Assembly: GCA_965219025.1 (NCBI GenBank)
Contig: OZ244716.1
Location: 221,175-285,174 of the forward strand
Origin: Dehalococcoidia bacterium
GTDB taxonomy: Bacteria; Chloroflexota; Dehalococcoidia; Lucifugimonadales; UBA2985
Direction: 5' to 3'
DNA: 64,000 nt
In this document: piece by piece, positions 1 to 9,211 of the stretch
How the letters are laid out: each line of letters opens with the position of its first letter
Numbering within the stretch: the stretch's first letter is position 1
Notes under the pieces: generated by a model
What the model was told of the DNA's origin: nothing
Seen by the model: the letters and a program-made list of their open reading frames with translations, nothing else
Database searches by the model: none
Made by a program: the position numbers and the translations under genes

Positions 1-729
1 GCGGAGCTCGTGGGCAACGTCGGCCATCAGGCTCCGGCGCTGCTGCTCAGCGCTCTCCAGGTCCTCAGCCATTGAGTTGAAGGTGCGGCCCAGGTTGGCA
101 ATCTCGTCCAGGCCCCGGACCTCCACGCGCTGCGACAGGTCTCCGGCTCCCAGCCGCGTGGCTGCTGCACTCAGGTCCCGCGCCGGCGCCAGCACGCGCC
201 TCGATAGCAGGGACACGATGAGCACACCTCCCGCCATGGCTGCGAGGCCCGTCCACAGAAGCGACCGGTTCAGCGCTGAGGCGAGAATCGACACCTTAGG
301 TTCTTCCACCTCCAGGGGCGCGATGTTCGGAGCCATCGCAACGGAGCCTACTCGCTGGCCCCTGCTCAGCAGAGGCATGTCGAGCCAGGAGAAGACGCCC
401 GGAGAGCTCGCAGCCGCGGAGCCGCCCGTGTTGGAGTCAGCGACTACCGCCCCGCTTTCGTCCCTCACCACCACGCGCACGCCGTAGAGGGCGCCGGCCT
501 GCTCAACGGCCGCCTGTAGGCCGCCCCATCCCCTTGTGGCCGTGTAGTACTTAGTGATCATCTGGCCTATCCTCTCAGCCCTCGCCTCCTCCACCTCTCG
601 GTCGAACTTCTCCGCTGCCTGGTTAGCCGTAAAGCCCACGTACATGCTGACGCTCGTCAGCGCGAGGGCAAGCACGAGGGCGAATGCCGCTATCAGCCGG
701 AACTGCAGACTGAAGAACCACTTACTCAT
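1..729 (-). CDS. sensor histidine kinase, N-terminal part (gene continues beyond window edge)
   Basis: Not in ORF track because there is no stop in the window. Hand translation from ATG at 729-727 stays open to position 1. It gives MSKWFFSLQFRLIAAFALVLALALTSV (TM helix), a second hydrophobic segment LLWTGLAAMAGGVLIVSLL, a HAMP-like region DEIANLGRTFNSMAEDL, then the H-box LMADVAHELR at the edge. The start overlaps the response regulator stop (ATGAGTAA). Confidence 0.85.
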   Translation of the reverse strand, partial: MSKWFFSLQFRLIAAFALVLALALTSVSMYVGFTANQAAEKFDREVEEARAERIGQMITKYYTATRGWGGLQAAVEQAGALYGVRVVVRDESGAVVADSNTGGSAAASSPGVFSWLDMPLLSRGQRVGSVAMAPNIAPLEVEEPKVSILASALNRSLLWTGLAAMAGGVLIVSLLSRRVLAPARDLSAAATRLGAGDLSQRVEVRGLDEIANLGRTFNSMAEDLESAEQQRRSLMADVAHELR

Positions 730-1411
730 GCCCGAACCTGTACCCAACCCCGTAAATCGTCTGAATGTAACGCTGTCCGCCGTTCTGGGCCTCCAGCTTG
801 CGCCGCAGGTTAGAGACGTGTGCGTCCACCGTCCTGTCAAACCCGTCGAAATCGTAGCCGAACACCCTGTCGATGATCTGCTCGCGAGTGAATGTTCTCC
901 CCGGCTCTCGCAACATCAGCGCCAAGAGACGAAACTCCGTCGGTGTGAGCGTGAGCCTGTACTCCTTCACATATGCGGCGTGGTCGCGCAGGTCGACGCG
1001 CACCTCGGCAAAGCTGATTTCCGTGGGGCCGCGCACAAGCTCGTCGCGTGCGGTGCGCCTGAGGACTGCGCGAACGCGGGCCGCCAGCTCCCGCGGACTG
1101 AAGGGCTTGGTGACGTAGTCGTCCGCACCCAGGTCGAGGCCGGCCAGCCTGTCCTCTTCCTCCACGCGTGCGGTGAGCATGACCACCGGCACCTGCGATT
1201 CGGCCCGCAGGCTGCGGCATACCTCCATGCCGTCAAGGCCGGGCAGCATCAGGTCCAGCACCACCAGGTCCGGCGAGGCCTCCCTGGCAAGTCGCAGCCC
1301 ATCTCTGCCGTCCCCCGCGGTCACCACCTTGTGGCCATCTCGCCTCAGGTACAATGCCACGATCTCCAGTGTGCCCGGATCGTCTTCAACTATCAGAATT
1401 GTGCTGCCCAT
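722..1411 (-). CDS. OmpR/PhoB-family response regulator (receiver + winged-helix DNA-binding domain)
   Basis: ILIVEDDP...DLVVLDLMLPGLDG...DDYVTKPFSPRELAARV receiver motifs. C-terminal LTPTEFRLLALML...RTVDAHVSNLRRKL...YIQTIYGVGYRF is a typical OmpR-type output domain. Confidence 0.95.
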   Translation of the reverse strand: MGSTILIVEDDPGTLEIVALYLRRDGHKVVTAGDGRDGLRLAREASPDLVVLDLMLPGLDGMEVCRSLRAESQVPVVMLTARVEEEDRLAGLDLGADDYVTKPFSPRELAARVRAVLRRTARDELVRGPTEISFAEVRVDLRDHAAYVKEYRLTLTPTEFRLLALMLREPGRTFTREQIIDRVFGYDFDGFDRTVDAHVSNLRRKLEAQNGGQRYIQTIYGVGYRFGHE

Positions 1412-1567
1412 TGTTTCGTCCCTGGAAAGCCGACGGCTGTTGGATTGCAGAGGGGCGGAGCACCCGGCCCCGCCCCTCGAACCATTGGGTGCGCCCTGAA
1501 CCGCTCGCCGGAGTCCTCGATCACGGCGGGACTGGTGGCGCCGGGGCCGTATCAGGTGCGTGTATAT

Positions 1568-2173
1568 CTAACGCTTGTCTCCAAAGCCGTGGCCTTCCTT
1601 ATCGCGAAAACCGTCGCCCCACGATCCATGTCCTTTGAAGGCCGGGGGCTGGAAGTCGATCTCCGGCATGTCATCGAGCCACGTCTTGTAGGCGTCTGCC
1701 TCCTCCTGCGTGAGATGGCCCATCTCAACGAGCTTGGCCAACCAGCCCGCAACCTTCTCATCCAGCTCTCCGCCGAATCCATGAAAGTTCTTGCCGTGGA
1801 AGCCGCGTCCCCACGCTTCAATTCCCTTGAGTGCGGGGAATTCACCCTCCGGCCTCGCGGCGAGCCAGTCCTGGATCGCGTCTGCGTCTTCCTGCGTGAG
1901 CAAGCCCTTCTCCACAAGGGCCGCCAGCCCGTCCGCGGCCTTCTGCTCTGCCTGCTCGGCAATCGCCTGGTCGAATGCGTCCTCCACCTGCTCCTGCTCG
2001 ATTCCCAGAATCTCGGCCACGCGGGCAATCACGCCGCTCATCCGCGACGATTTGCCATCCCCGTCCGAATCCCGCAGGCTGTGATCATCGCTCTGGGCAA
2101 CTACAGCGCCTCCCACCAGTCCGGCTGCGAGCAGTCCTACAAGGATGGAGGACACTATCCAACGCTTCTTCAT
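1568..2173 (-). CDS. secreted hypothetical protein with an internal two-fold repeat and a Gly/His-rich tail
   Basis: N-terminal signal-like MKKRWIVSSILVGLLAAGLVGGAVVA. Two related segments: LVEKGLLTQEDADAIQDWLAARPE..GFHG and LVEMGHLTQEEADAYKTWLDDMPE..GHGFG. Lies directly upstream of and co-directional with the response regulator / histidine kinase pair. Confidence 0.7.
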   Translation of the reverse strand: MKKRWIVSSILVGLLAAGLVGGAVVAQSDDHSLRDSDGDGKSSRMSGVIARVAEILGIEQEQVEDAFDQAIAEQAEQKAADGLAALVEKGLLTQEDADAIQDWLAARPEGEFPALKGIEAWGRGFHGKNFHGFGGELDEKVAGWLAKLVEMGHLTQEEADAYKTWLDDMPEIDFQPPAFKGHGSWGDGFRDKEGHGFGDKR

Positions 2174-2294
2174 GGCAACTCTCCTCTGATAAAGTCCGTG
2201 GTCCGTTGACTACGTTATACCACCGCACTTTGAAGAGATTTTGAAGTTTGGAGCACTTTGGGGCAATCTGCGAACAGCCGAACCGCGGCCTGCG

Positions 2295-3587
2295 TCACTG
2301 GGCCGGGTGAGGTTCCAGCGCCCGCGCGGCCGCCTCGATGGTGTAGTCTACGTCCGCCTCCGTATGCGCAGTGGACACGAACGCCGCCTCGAAGGCAGAC
2401 GGCGCGAGGTAAACGCCGCTTTCTATCATGCGGTGAAAGAGGGACGCATAGCGGACGCGGTCGCTGGCCATTGCGGATTCCGCGTCCACCACCGGCCCAG
2501 CGTTGAAGAACGACGACAGCATTGAGCCAACCCGGTTGACGACAAGAGGCATGCTTGTCACCGCGGCCTCCGCCGCAATACCGTGGGCAAGCCTAGCCGC
2601 AAGCGACTCCAGGCCGTCGTAGACCCCCGGCCGCGCAAGCGCTCTAAGGGTCGCGATGCCCGCCGTTACGGCAAGCGGGTTGCCGGAGAGCGTCCCCGCC
2701 TGGTACATGGAGCCGAGAGGCGCAACAACCTCCATGACCTCCCTGCGACCGCCGTAAGCGCCGACCGGCAGGCCCCCGCCTATGATCTTGCCAAGGCACG
2801 TGAGGTCCGGAGTCACGCCGTAGAGCGTCTGAGCGCCTCCGTAGGAGACCCTGAACCCCGTTATCACCTCGTCGAATATCAGGAGAGCGCCCTCTCGGCT
2901 AGTAATACTGCGCAGCCCGTCCAGGAAGCCGGGTGCGGGCGGAATCACTCCCACGTTTCCGGCAATCGGTTCAAGTATCACGGCCGCCACACCGCCCTGG
3001 TGCGCCTCGAAGAGCCTCTCGACGGACGCCCGGTCATTGTATCGGGCGACCAGCGTTTCGCCTGCGTATGCGGCCGGAACGCCAGCGCTATTGGGTACGC
3101 TGTAGGTTGCTCCGCCGGAGCCGGCTTCCACCAGCAGGCCATCGGCGTGGCCGTGGTAGCAGCCTGCGAACTTTATTATCTTGTCACGGCCCGTGAAGGC
3201 TCTCGCTGCCCTCACGGCGCTCATCGCCGCCTCCGTCCCGGAGCTGACCAGCCGCACCATCTCCACCGACGGCAGCGCGTCCGTGATGATCTCCGCCAGC
3301 TCGAGCTCGCCCTCCGTGGGCGCGCCAAAGCTCAGCCCCTTCGAAAGCGCAGCGCTCAGGGCGTCCACTACCTCTGGATGCGCGTGGCCGAGGACCAGCG
3401 GCCCCCACGAACCCACGTAATCGATGAACTCGTTGCCGTCCACGTCCCACACGCGGGAACCCTGGCCGCGCCGGATGAACAGCGGCCCGCCTCCCACGGC
3501 GCGGAACGAGCGCACGGGGCTGTTCACGCCACCAGGTATGAGGGCCTGTGCCCGCTCGAAGAGGTTGGCCGAGCGTGAGGTATCCAC
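2295..3587 (-). CDS. hemL: glutamate-1-semialdehyde 2,1-aminomutase
   Basis: 430 aa. N-terminus [25 protein letters not shown]...[26 protein letters not shown] is the canonical HemL signature; class III aminotransferase length. Confidence 0.95.
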   Translation of the reverse strand: MDTSRSANLFERAQALIPGGVNSPVRSFRAVGGGPLFIRRGQGSRVWDVDGNEFIDYVGSWGPLVLGHAHPEVVDALSAALSKGLSFGAPTEGELELAEIITDALPSVEMVRLVSSGTEAAMSAVRAARAFTGRDKIIKFAGCYHGHADGLLVEAGSGGATYSVPNSAGVPAAYAGETLVARYNDRASVERLFEAHQGGVAAVILEPIAGNVGVIPPAPGFLDGLRSITSREGALLIFDEVITGFRVSYGGAQTLYGVTPDLTCLGKIIGGGLPVGAYGGRREVMEVVAPLGSMYQAGTLSGNPLAVTAGIATLRALARPGVYDGLESLAARLAHGIAAEAAVTSMPLVVNRVGSMLSSFFNAGPVVDAESAMASDRVRYASLFHRMIESGVYLAPSAFEAAFVSTAHTEADVDYTIEAAARALEPHPAQ

Positions 3588-3642
3588 GGGCTACAGACCT
3601 CCTCCGCAGGCATGGTCTTTCCTCGCGAATAAGAGATGGCTG

Positions 3643-4902
3643 CTACTCAATGCCAAGTTCTGCTCTTGCATCCCTCTCGACCCTCCTGTACACCTCATGC
3701 AGGGGCAGACCCTCCCGCAGCGCAATCTCACGGCAGTCCTCGAACTCCGGCGAAAGGCCCGCAACGCGGCCGTCCACGCGCTTCACCTTGACTGCGGCCT
3801 GTCCCAATGACGTGTTCACTACGATCACCTCCCGGTCCGCCTCGTACCGCCTCAGTGAATGCACCCTGACTCCCAGCGTGGAAGTCTCCTCCAGAATCGC
3901 GCCGGCCAGGGCAGACTCCATGCCGGGACGGCAGATCACGCTGAGTGTTACTGCGGGCCGGTTCTTCTTCATCTGTATGGGCGTGAACCATGCGTCCAGC
4001 GCCCCGCGGCCCATGAGCACGTCCTGAACGTGCCCCAGCAGCTCTGGCGTCGAATCGTCGATGTTGGTTTCCAGCAGCGACACCTGTGCCACGGAGCCGC
4101 TCTCCTCGGCCTCACCCACCCACAGCGCCAGCACGTTCGGGATCTCTTCCGAGTCCCGCGAGCCTGCGCCGTAACCCAGGCCCTCGACTCGCATGGGCGC
4201 CGCGTCGAAGTCCGCAAGCGTGGTTATGAGTGCAGCTCCGGTGGGCGTTACGAGCTCGCCGGCCGTCAGATACGGCCCGCGAGGCGGGACGACCTTCGCT
4301 CCCGTCATATGTATAAGCTGCATGGTGGCCGGCGCGGGCGACGGCAGCGGCCCCTTTCGAGACGATATGGTCCCCCATCCACACGGCAGGGGCGACGAAT
4401 ACAGTTTCTCGATGCCCAGAAGCGACAGCCCGGCCACGACGCCCACCACGTCCACTATCGTATCCAGATCGCCCAGTTCGTGGAGCGCATGCCCTTCGCC
4501 GTGCACCCGCGTCTCGGCCTCTTCCAGCCTCTCCAGGACAAGGCGGGCGCGCTCCTTTACAGGCGCGGCCAGCTTGCTTCCTTCCACCATTCCCATGAAG
4601 TCGCGCATGGTGTAGGCGCCGGCGACGCGGGGCTCGTGAGACACGGTGACCAGCGTGCCGCGGATGATGCCTCGATGCACCACGTCCGCTTCGAGAGAGA
4701 ACCCGTTCACCGGGAGTTTCGCGAGCTCGGCGCGCAGGTCTTCGAGCGGCAGTCCCGCGTCGACCAGCGCGCCCAGCAGCATGTCACCGCTGGCCCCGCC
4801 AATGCAGTGCAGGTATCCGGCCCTCAGAGCCAACTCCCCAGCGTCAAGATTGCTTCGTCCGTTCCCGCGCGGCGCTCCCGGACGTCCACGTGCGCTCCTC
4901 AA
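3643..4902 (-). CDS. larC: LarC-family (DUF111) nickel insertion protein
   Basis: YLHCIGGASGDMLLGALVDAGL N-terminal motif and ~400 aa length typical of LarC/DUF111. The ATG at 4902 overlaps the upstream gene by 59 nt. An in-frame TTG at 4833 (giving ALRAGYLHCIGG...) would remove the overlap and fit family N-termini better. Confidence 0.85.
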   Translation of the reverse strand: MRSARGRPGAPRGNGRSNLDAGELALRAGYLHCIGGASGDMLLGALVDAGLPLEDLRAELAKLPVNGFSLEADVVHRGIIRGTLVTVSHEPRVAGAYTMRDFMGMVEGSKLAAPVKERARLVLERLEEAETRVHGEGHALHELGDLDTIVDVVGVVAGLSLLGIEKLYSSPLPCGWGTISSRKGPLPSPAPATMQLIHMTGAKVVPPRGPYLTAGELVTPTGAALITTLADFDAAPMRVEGLGYGAGSRDSEEIPNVLALWVGEAEESGSVAQVSLLETNIDDSTPELLGHVQDVLMGRGALDAWFTPIQMKKNRPAVTLSVICRPGMESALAGAILEETSTLGVRVHSLRRYEADREVIVVNTSLGQAAVKVKRVDGRVAGLSPEFEDCREIALREGLPLHEVYRRVERDARAELGIE

Positions 4903-5491
4903 GCCAGGGGTCGGCGCTGCTGTTGTATCCCCGGACCTCCCAGAAGCCCGGCCTGTCGCGCGCCATGAACTCGATGCCGTTCACCCACTTGGCGCTCTTC
5001 CAGCCGTAGCGGCCCGGCACAACCAGCCGCAGCGGCCAGCCGTGCTCCATCGATAGTGGAAGCTCGTCGTGGGAGTGGGCCAGGAGCACGTCCGATCCCC
5101 GCAGAATATCCAATGCCAGGTTGGTGGTATAGCCGCCGTAGCAGTGTATGGTCGCGAACCGGGCGTCCGGCCACGGGTCGGCCAGCCGCAGCACCTCGCG
5201 GAAGGCCACGCCCTGCCACAAGTTGTCCAGCCGGCTCCACCGTGTCACGCAGTGCATGTCCGCATTGAGAGACGTCTGAGGCATGGCCGTGATGTCTTCC
5301 CAAGCGAGTGTAACGTCGTTCGCGAGACCGAACAGGCGCAACCGCCACGTCGCGATGTCGACGTCGGGAGTTCGGCCGTAGGTGAAGACGGGAAACTTGT
5401 CGGTGACGAACTGCCCCGGAGGAACGGGTCCCTCTCGTTCTCGCTCGAGCTCCGGGCTGTACGCGGGCCGGACCATCAAGCCACCCTCCAT
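4844..5491 (-). CDS. molybdopterin-binding oxidoreductase (sulfite-oxidase / YedY-like catalytic domain)
   Basis: WRLRLFGL...MHCVTRWSRLDNLWQGVAFREVL...HGWPLRLVVPGRYGWKSAKWVNGIEF resembles the Oxidored_molyb domain. Confidence 0.8.
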   Translation of the reverse strand: MEGGLMVRPAYSPELEREREGPVPPGQFVTDKFPVFTYGRTPDVDIATWRLRLFGLANDVTLAWEDITAMPQTSLNADMHCVTRWSRLDNLWQGVAFREVLRLADPWPDARFATIHCYGGYTTNLALDILRGSDVLLAHSHDELPLSMEHGWPLRLVVPGRYGWKSAKWVNGIEFMARDRPGFWEVRGYNSSADPWLEERTWTSGSAARERTKQS

Positions 5492-5592
5492 TCGTTGCTA
5501 CCTCTTCGTGAAGCGCCCCGCGCTTCGCTCCCATGATAACCCATAAGCGTCCCCGCCGCAAAACTCACGCATTGGCATAGGCGTGGGACTTG

Positions 5593-5622
5593 TTGACGCT
5601 CCGCAACCTTCACCGCTACTAT
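5593..5622 (+). promoter_or_regulatory. candidate sigma70-type promoter (TTGACG-18-TACTAT) upstream of the 5701-9131 gene string
   Basis: TTGACG at 5593-5598, 18-nt spacer, TACTAT at 5617-5622. Read directly from sequence; no experimental support. Confidence 0.3.
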
Positions 5623-5700
5623 ACGCCTTGGCCGGTTTCGCGATGCGCGGGACGCCAGCCTGCGCCGTACCGGCACGCAACACAGGAGTGAGTCACTGCA

Positions 5701-5943
5701 ATGGAAGATGACACCATCGGAATGGAGGACATGGTCCTCATATTCGAGGTAACCGACGACCTGGGAATCGACCGCGAGTTGGTCTCCGTGCCGCTCGGCA
5801 AGGAAGACCCCGGAATCGTGCGTCTGCTGGAAACCGGCGAGGTGGAGATTGTGGTGCCGGTGTCCGTTCCACTGGAGGACTGGGCCGAAACGCTGCGGGC
5901 CGAGCTTGTGTCGCTTGGCCTGGACACCGGCGAGGAGGAGTAG
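5701..5943 (+). CDS. small acidic hypothetical protein (80 aa)
   Basis: ORF with ATG start, tightly followed (2-nt gap) by the next ORF. Very Asp/Glu-rich; no recognised family. Confidence 0.5.
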   Translation: MEDDTIGMEDMVLIFEVTDDLGIDRELVSVPLGKEDPGIVRLLETGEVEIVVPVSVPLEDWAETLRAELVSLGLDTGEEE

Positions 5944-5945
5944 CC

Positions 5946-6326
5946 TTGGAGGGACAGGGCTTCATCTCGCTAGAGGTGGAGGACAGTGACAACTGCCCCG
6001 GCCTTCCACTGATGACCTACCAGCTTCTGGGACGCGCTGCTCGCGTGGTGCAGGTGCACATCGCGGGTCCGCACTGGCCTGAGGAGCTCCACTGGGTTAC
6101 GGGGTGGCAGAGCGAACGCGGCGGCTCGCCGTGCCCGGCGTACTACGCGCGCATTTCCGACTCCGGCGCAGGGAGCGCATTCCTGCTCTACGGAGGCGAC
6201 TGGGGCCTTCGATTCAAGCGCGGTAGCGAAGGCGAGGAGTGGGATACGGAAGACCCCGAGCAGTGGGGCGAGCCCTGGCTCGTGCTTGCCGAGGAGTCGG
6301 ACATAGTGGCGGAGGATCCCGGGTAG
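5946..6326 (+). CDS. hypothetical protein (126 aa, TTG start)
   Basis: ORF packed between 5943 and 6330 with 2-3 nt gaps, which suggests co-translation with its neighbours. No recognised family. Confidence 0.45.
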   Translation: MEGQGFISLEVEDSDNCPGLPLMTYQLLGRAARVVQVHIAGPHWPEELHWVTGWQSERGGSPCPAYYARISDSGAGSAFLLYGGDWGLRFKRGSEGEEWDTEDPEQWGEPWLVLAEESDIVAEDPG

Positions 6327-6329
6327 CAG

Positions 6330-9131
6330 TTGAACGCTACGCGGACCAGGGGTCTACTTGCGCTGGCCTCTCTGGCGCTTGCGCTCGCGGGCCAGTACTT
6401 CCTCGAGCACGCGGACTCCCTGGCGATCGGGCTGCTGCTGTTCGCCGCTGGAGGCGCGGCTCTCGTAGCGGCCCGACCCCGCGAGACAGCCCTGTTCCGC
6501 AGCGACCAACTCACGCCGGCCCCACAAGAGCAAAGCAGCGAGGATGACCGACCGCGCAGGTTTGTCCTGGCGCTGCTCGCCGCGTTGCCCCTTCTCGCGC
6601 TGAGCCTGTATCGCTCCCACTCTAACCCCGACGACGGCCTGGCCTGGACGCTCCATGCCGCCAGCGTGGTCGCATTCCTCTACGTGCTGCTGCGACCATC
6701 GCCGGCCAACGTCATACGCAGGCTCAGGGGGGCGATCAAGCGGCCGTCCGCGGCCACTCGTGTCGAGATCGCGGCCGTGGGAGCCGTACTTGCTCTCGCG
6801 CTCCTGCTCCGCGTGGTTGCGCTGGAGGGCCTGCCCTTCGGCCTGTGGTTTGACGAGGCCGTCCACGGCGTGAGCGCCGTCGAAATGCTGGAGGACAGCT
6901 CATACCGCCCCATCTTCGTGCCGGCTGCGAACCTTGCGTCTCCGTTCATTGCCATCCAGGCGGCCTCGGTAGCCGTACTCGGCAGAAGCGCGACCGCGGT
7001 AAGGCTGCCATCGGCGCTGCTCGACGTGGGGTTCATACTGCTGCTGTACCTGCTGCTGCGCCGCCTCATGGGATGGCGCATCGCCCTGCTGGTCGCGTTC
7101 CTGGTGGCCGTATCTAGCTGGGACGTTACGTGGGGCCGGAGCGGTATGCCGGGCACGACCGCGACTCTCCTTGGAGTCGGAACGGTGTTCGCTTTCCTGT
7201 GGGCATTGCGCAGGAACGACATGGCGTCTTTCGCGCTTGCCGGAATGGCGCTGGGCTCGGGCTTCTGGTTCTACCAGGCACTCAGAACCCTGCCCGCCGC
7301 ACTGCTTCTCATCGCCGGCTTCGTCCTTGTGAAGTACCGCCCGCCCGTCCGCGAAGCCCTGTTGCGTGCGGCGTCGTTCACGGCCGGCGCCGTGCTGGTC
7401 GCTGCGCCCCTGCTGCAGTACGCCGTTACCAACGCCGAGTTTTTCTGGAAACGGGCCGTCATTGTCACGTCTCTCAACAGAGGCCCTGCTATCGACCCAA
7501 TCACCTCGATTAGGCCGAATCTGGACAGCTACCTCCTCATGTTCAACTACAGCGGCGACGTGAACGGCCGACACAGCCTGCCATTGGAGCCCATGCTGTC
7601 GTTTGGCGCCGGGGCTGTGGCGGTTCTCGGTTTCCTGTACTGCCTGTCCAGGCCTCACCGTCCGGTGCCGTTCCTGCTGCTGGTGTGGTTTTTCGTAGCG
7701 CTGCTGCCAGGCCTGATTACGCTGCCATTAGAGGCGCCGAACAGCCTGCGAGTCGTGGGAGCGTTGCCCGTAGCCTACGCGTTTGCGGGCGTTGGCATTG
7801 CGGCCGTGATGGTTGCCGCGGCAAGCCTGTTCCCAACGCCAAGGCATGCTGCCGCCGTACTGGGAGCGACGCTGGCCCTGGGTCTCGCCGTCACCGCCTA
7901 CGACAACTTCCACACCTACTTTCATCTCCAGAGGGACAGCATGATCTCCTGGGGTTCCTTCGGTCCCGAGCAGACCGAAATCGCCCACCGGCTGCAGGAC
8001 CTGCCCTCGTCCGACTACGACGTGATACTTTCACCGTACCTGCCCTACTACCCGGTCATCAGTTATCTGGTGGACGACCCACCGCGAATCGAGTCCTTTG
8101 TGCCGGCCAGGCACCCACCGGCGTCCGGAAGCAGCGAGGGCGCCCTGGTCTTCTTCGACACCCGCCAGCAGCAGCACTTCAAGAGTTTCGAGGAGTTCTA
8201 TCCCGGCCGGAGCTTCTCGCTGGTTGACTTTGGGAGGGGGCCGCTGCAACCAATCCTCTACTCGATGGAGGTGAATTCACTCGACGTGTTCCGCCCGCAG
8301 GGGATTACGCTGCGACTGTCCACTCGGGCCTCTGGACAGCAGGCCGTTACCGAGAATACGGTGTCCCGCATCGAACTCCCCTGGGGAGAGTTCGGCACGA
8401 GGCTGCCGCTCTCCGCCGAATGGACCGGCTCGCTCTACGCGCGCGACTTTCAAAGGTACAAGCTCACGCTGGAGGGCTCACAGGACGCAATGCTCACGAT
8501 AGACGGCGCGGAGGTGCTGAGCGGCCCGGGTGAGACCGAGGTCCCGCTCGCGGTGGGCTTCCACAGCGTGAGGGTCCAGGACGTGGTGCGGGACACGAAC
8601 GGCCGGACGCGCTTGACGTGGGGCCGCCCGGGGGATGAGCCAAGTGTGGTGGGCACGCCAAACCTCTACGTCGGCGATCGCTCTCACGGCCTGCTGGGCA
8701 CTTACATGGCTCCCAGCTTCCCGGAAAAGCCCACCGAGGCGTTCCAGCAGATCGACCCCATGCTCTTCTTCTTCTTCCACAAGCGTCCATACATAGGGGA
8801 GTTCAGAATACGCTGGGAGGGTGGCCTGCTCATCGATGAAGCAGGCGAATACGGCTTCAGGCTAGACTCCAGTGGTCCGGCTACGCTGACAATTGGGGGC
8901 TCGGTCGTGGTGGCCAACCCGGGGCTCGCCGAGGAAGTGCCCGGCGCGTTCGAGTCCGGCAGTGGGACCCTGCGACTAGCGTCCGGCACACATCCTATAC
9001 GGGTAACCTTCCGTCACGAGCTCGGCGATCCCCAGATCACCCTGCATTGGTGGGCACAGGGCTATGAGCAGGGAGTCGTTCCAATACCGCCGGACAAACT
9101 GATTCCCGCTCCTCCGCAGCCACCGAAATAG
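6330..9131 (+). CDS. polytopic membrane GT-C glycosyltransferase (ArnT/PMT, GT39/GT83-like) fused to two C-terminal PA14-like domains
   Basis: About 12 hydrophobic helices in the first ~560 aa. First-loop motif LPFGLWFDEAVHG matches the DE(x)xH motif of ArnT/PMT-type enzymes. The C-terminal ~350 aa contain two segments resembling PA14/GLEYA folds: EWTGSLYARDFQRYKLTLEGSQDAMLTIDGAEVL and GLLGTYMA...FRIRWEGGLLIDEAGEYGFRLDSSGPATLTIGGSVV. Confidence 0.8.
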   Translation: MNATRTRGLLALASLALALAGQYFLEHADSLAIGLLLFAAGGAALVAARPRETALFRSDQLTPAPQEQSSEDDRPRRFVLALLAALPLLALSLYRSHSNPDDGLAWTLHAASVVAFLYVLLRPSPANVIRRLRGAIKRPSAATRVEIAAVGAVLALALLLRVVALEGLPFGLWFDEAVHGVSAVEMLEDSSYRPIFVPAANLASPFIAIQAASVAVLGRSATAVRLPSALLDVGFILLLYLLLRRLMGWRIALLVAFLVAVSSWDVTWGRSGMPGTTATLLGVGTVFAFLWALRRNDMASFALAGMALGSGFWFYQALRTLPAALLLIAGFVLVKYRPPVREALLRAASFTAGAVLVAAPLLQYAVTNAEFFWKRAVIVTSLNRGPAIDPITSIRPNLDSYLLMFNYSGDVNGRHSLPLEPMLSFGAGAVAVLGFLYCLSRPHRPVPFLLLVWFFVALLPGLITLPLEAPNSLRVVGALPVAYAFAGVGIAAVMVAAASLFPTPRHAAAVLGATLALGLAVTAYDNFHTYFHLQRDSMISWGSFGPEQTEIAHRLQDLPSSDYDVILSPYLPYYPVISYLVDDPPRIESFVPARHPPASGSSEGALVFFDTRQQQHFKSFEEFYPGRSFSLVDFGRGPLQPILYSMEVNSLDVFRPQGITLRLSTRASGQQAVTENTVSRIELPWGEFGTRLPLSAEWTGSLYARDFQRYKLTLEGSQDAMLTIDGAEVLSGPGETEVPLAVGFHSVRVQDVVRDTNGRTRLTWGRPGDEPSVVGTPNLYVGDRSHGLLGTYMAPSFPEKPTEAFQQIDPMLFFFFHKRPYIGEFRIRWEGGLLIDEAGEYGFRLDSSGPATLTIGGSVVVANPGLAEEVPGAFESGSGTLRLASGTHPIRVTFRHELGDPQITLHWWAQGYEQGVVPIPPDKLIPAPPQPPK

Positions 9132-9211
9132 CCCAAATTGCCTCCAAATAGGGTTACGCTTGCGCTCAACTTGTTATAGAATAGGCGCAATCTAGTTTCG
9201 GAGGTGACTCC

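Noticed and set aside
1568-2173. Assignment of the secreted repeat protein to the CpxP/Spy LTXXQ family
   Set aside because: The motif here is LTQE(D/E), not L-T-x-x-Q. I keep only the positional analogy, not a family call.
554-2209. 551-aa plus-strand ORF spanning the response regulator and secreted-protein genes
   Set aside because: It runs antisense to two genes with clear motifs. It is Arg/Ala/Pro-rich with no motifs, which is a typical high-GC shadow ORF.
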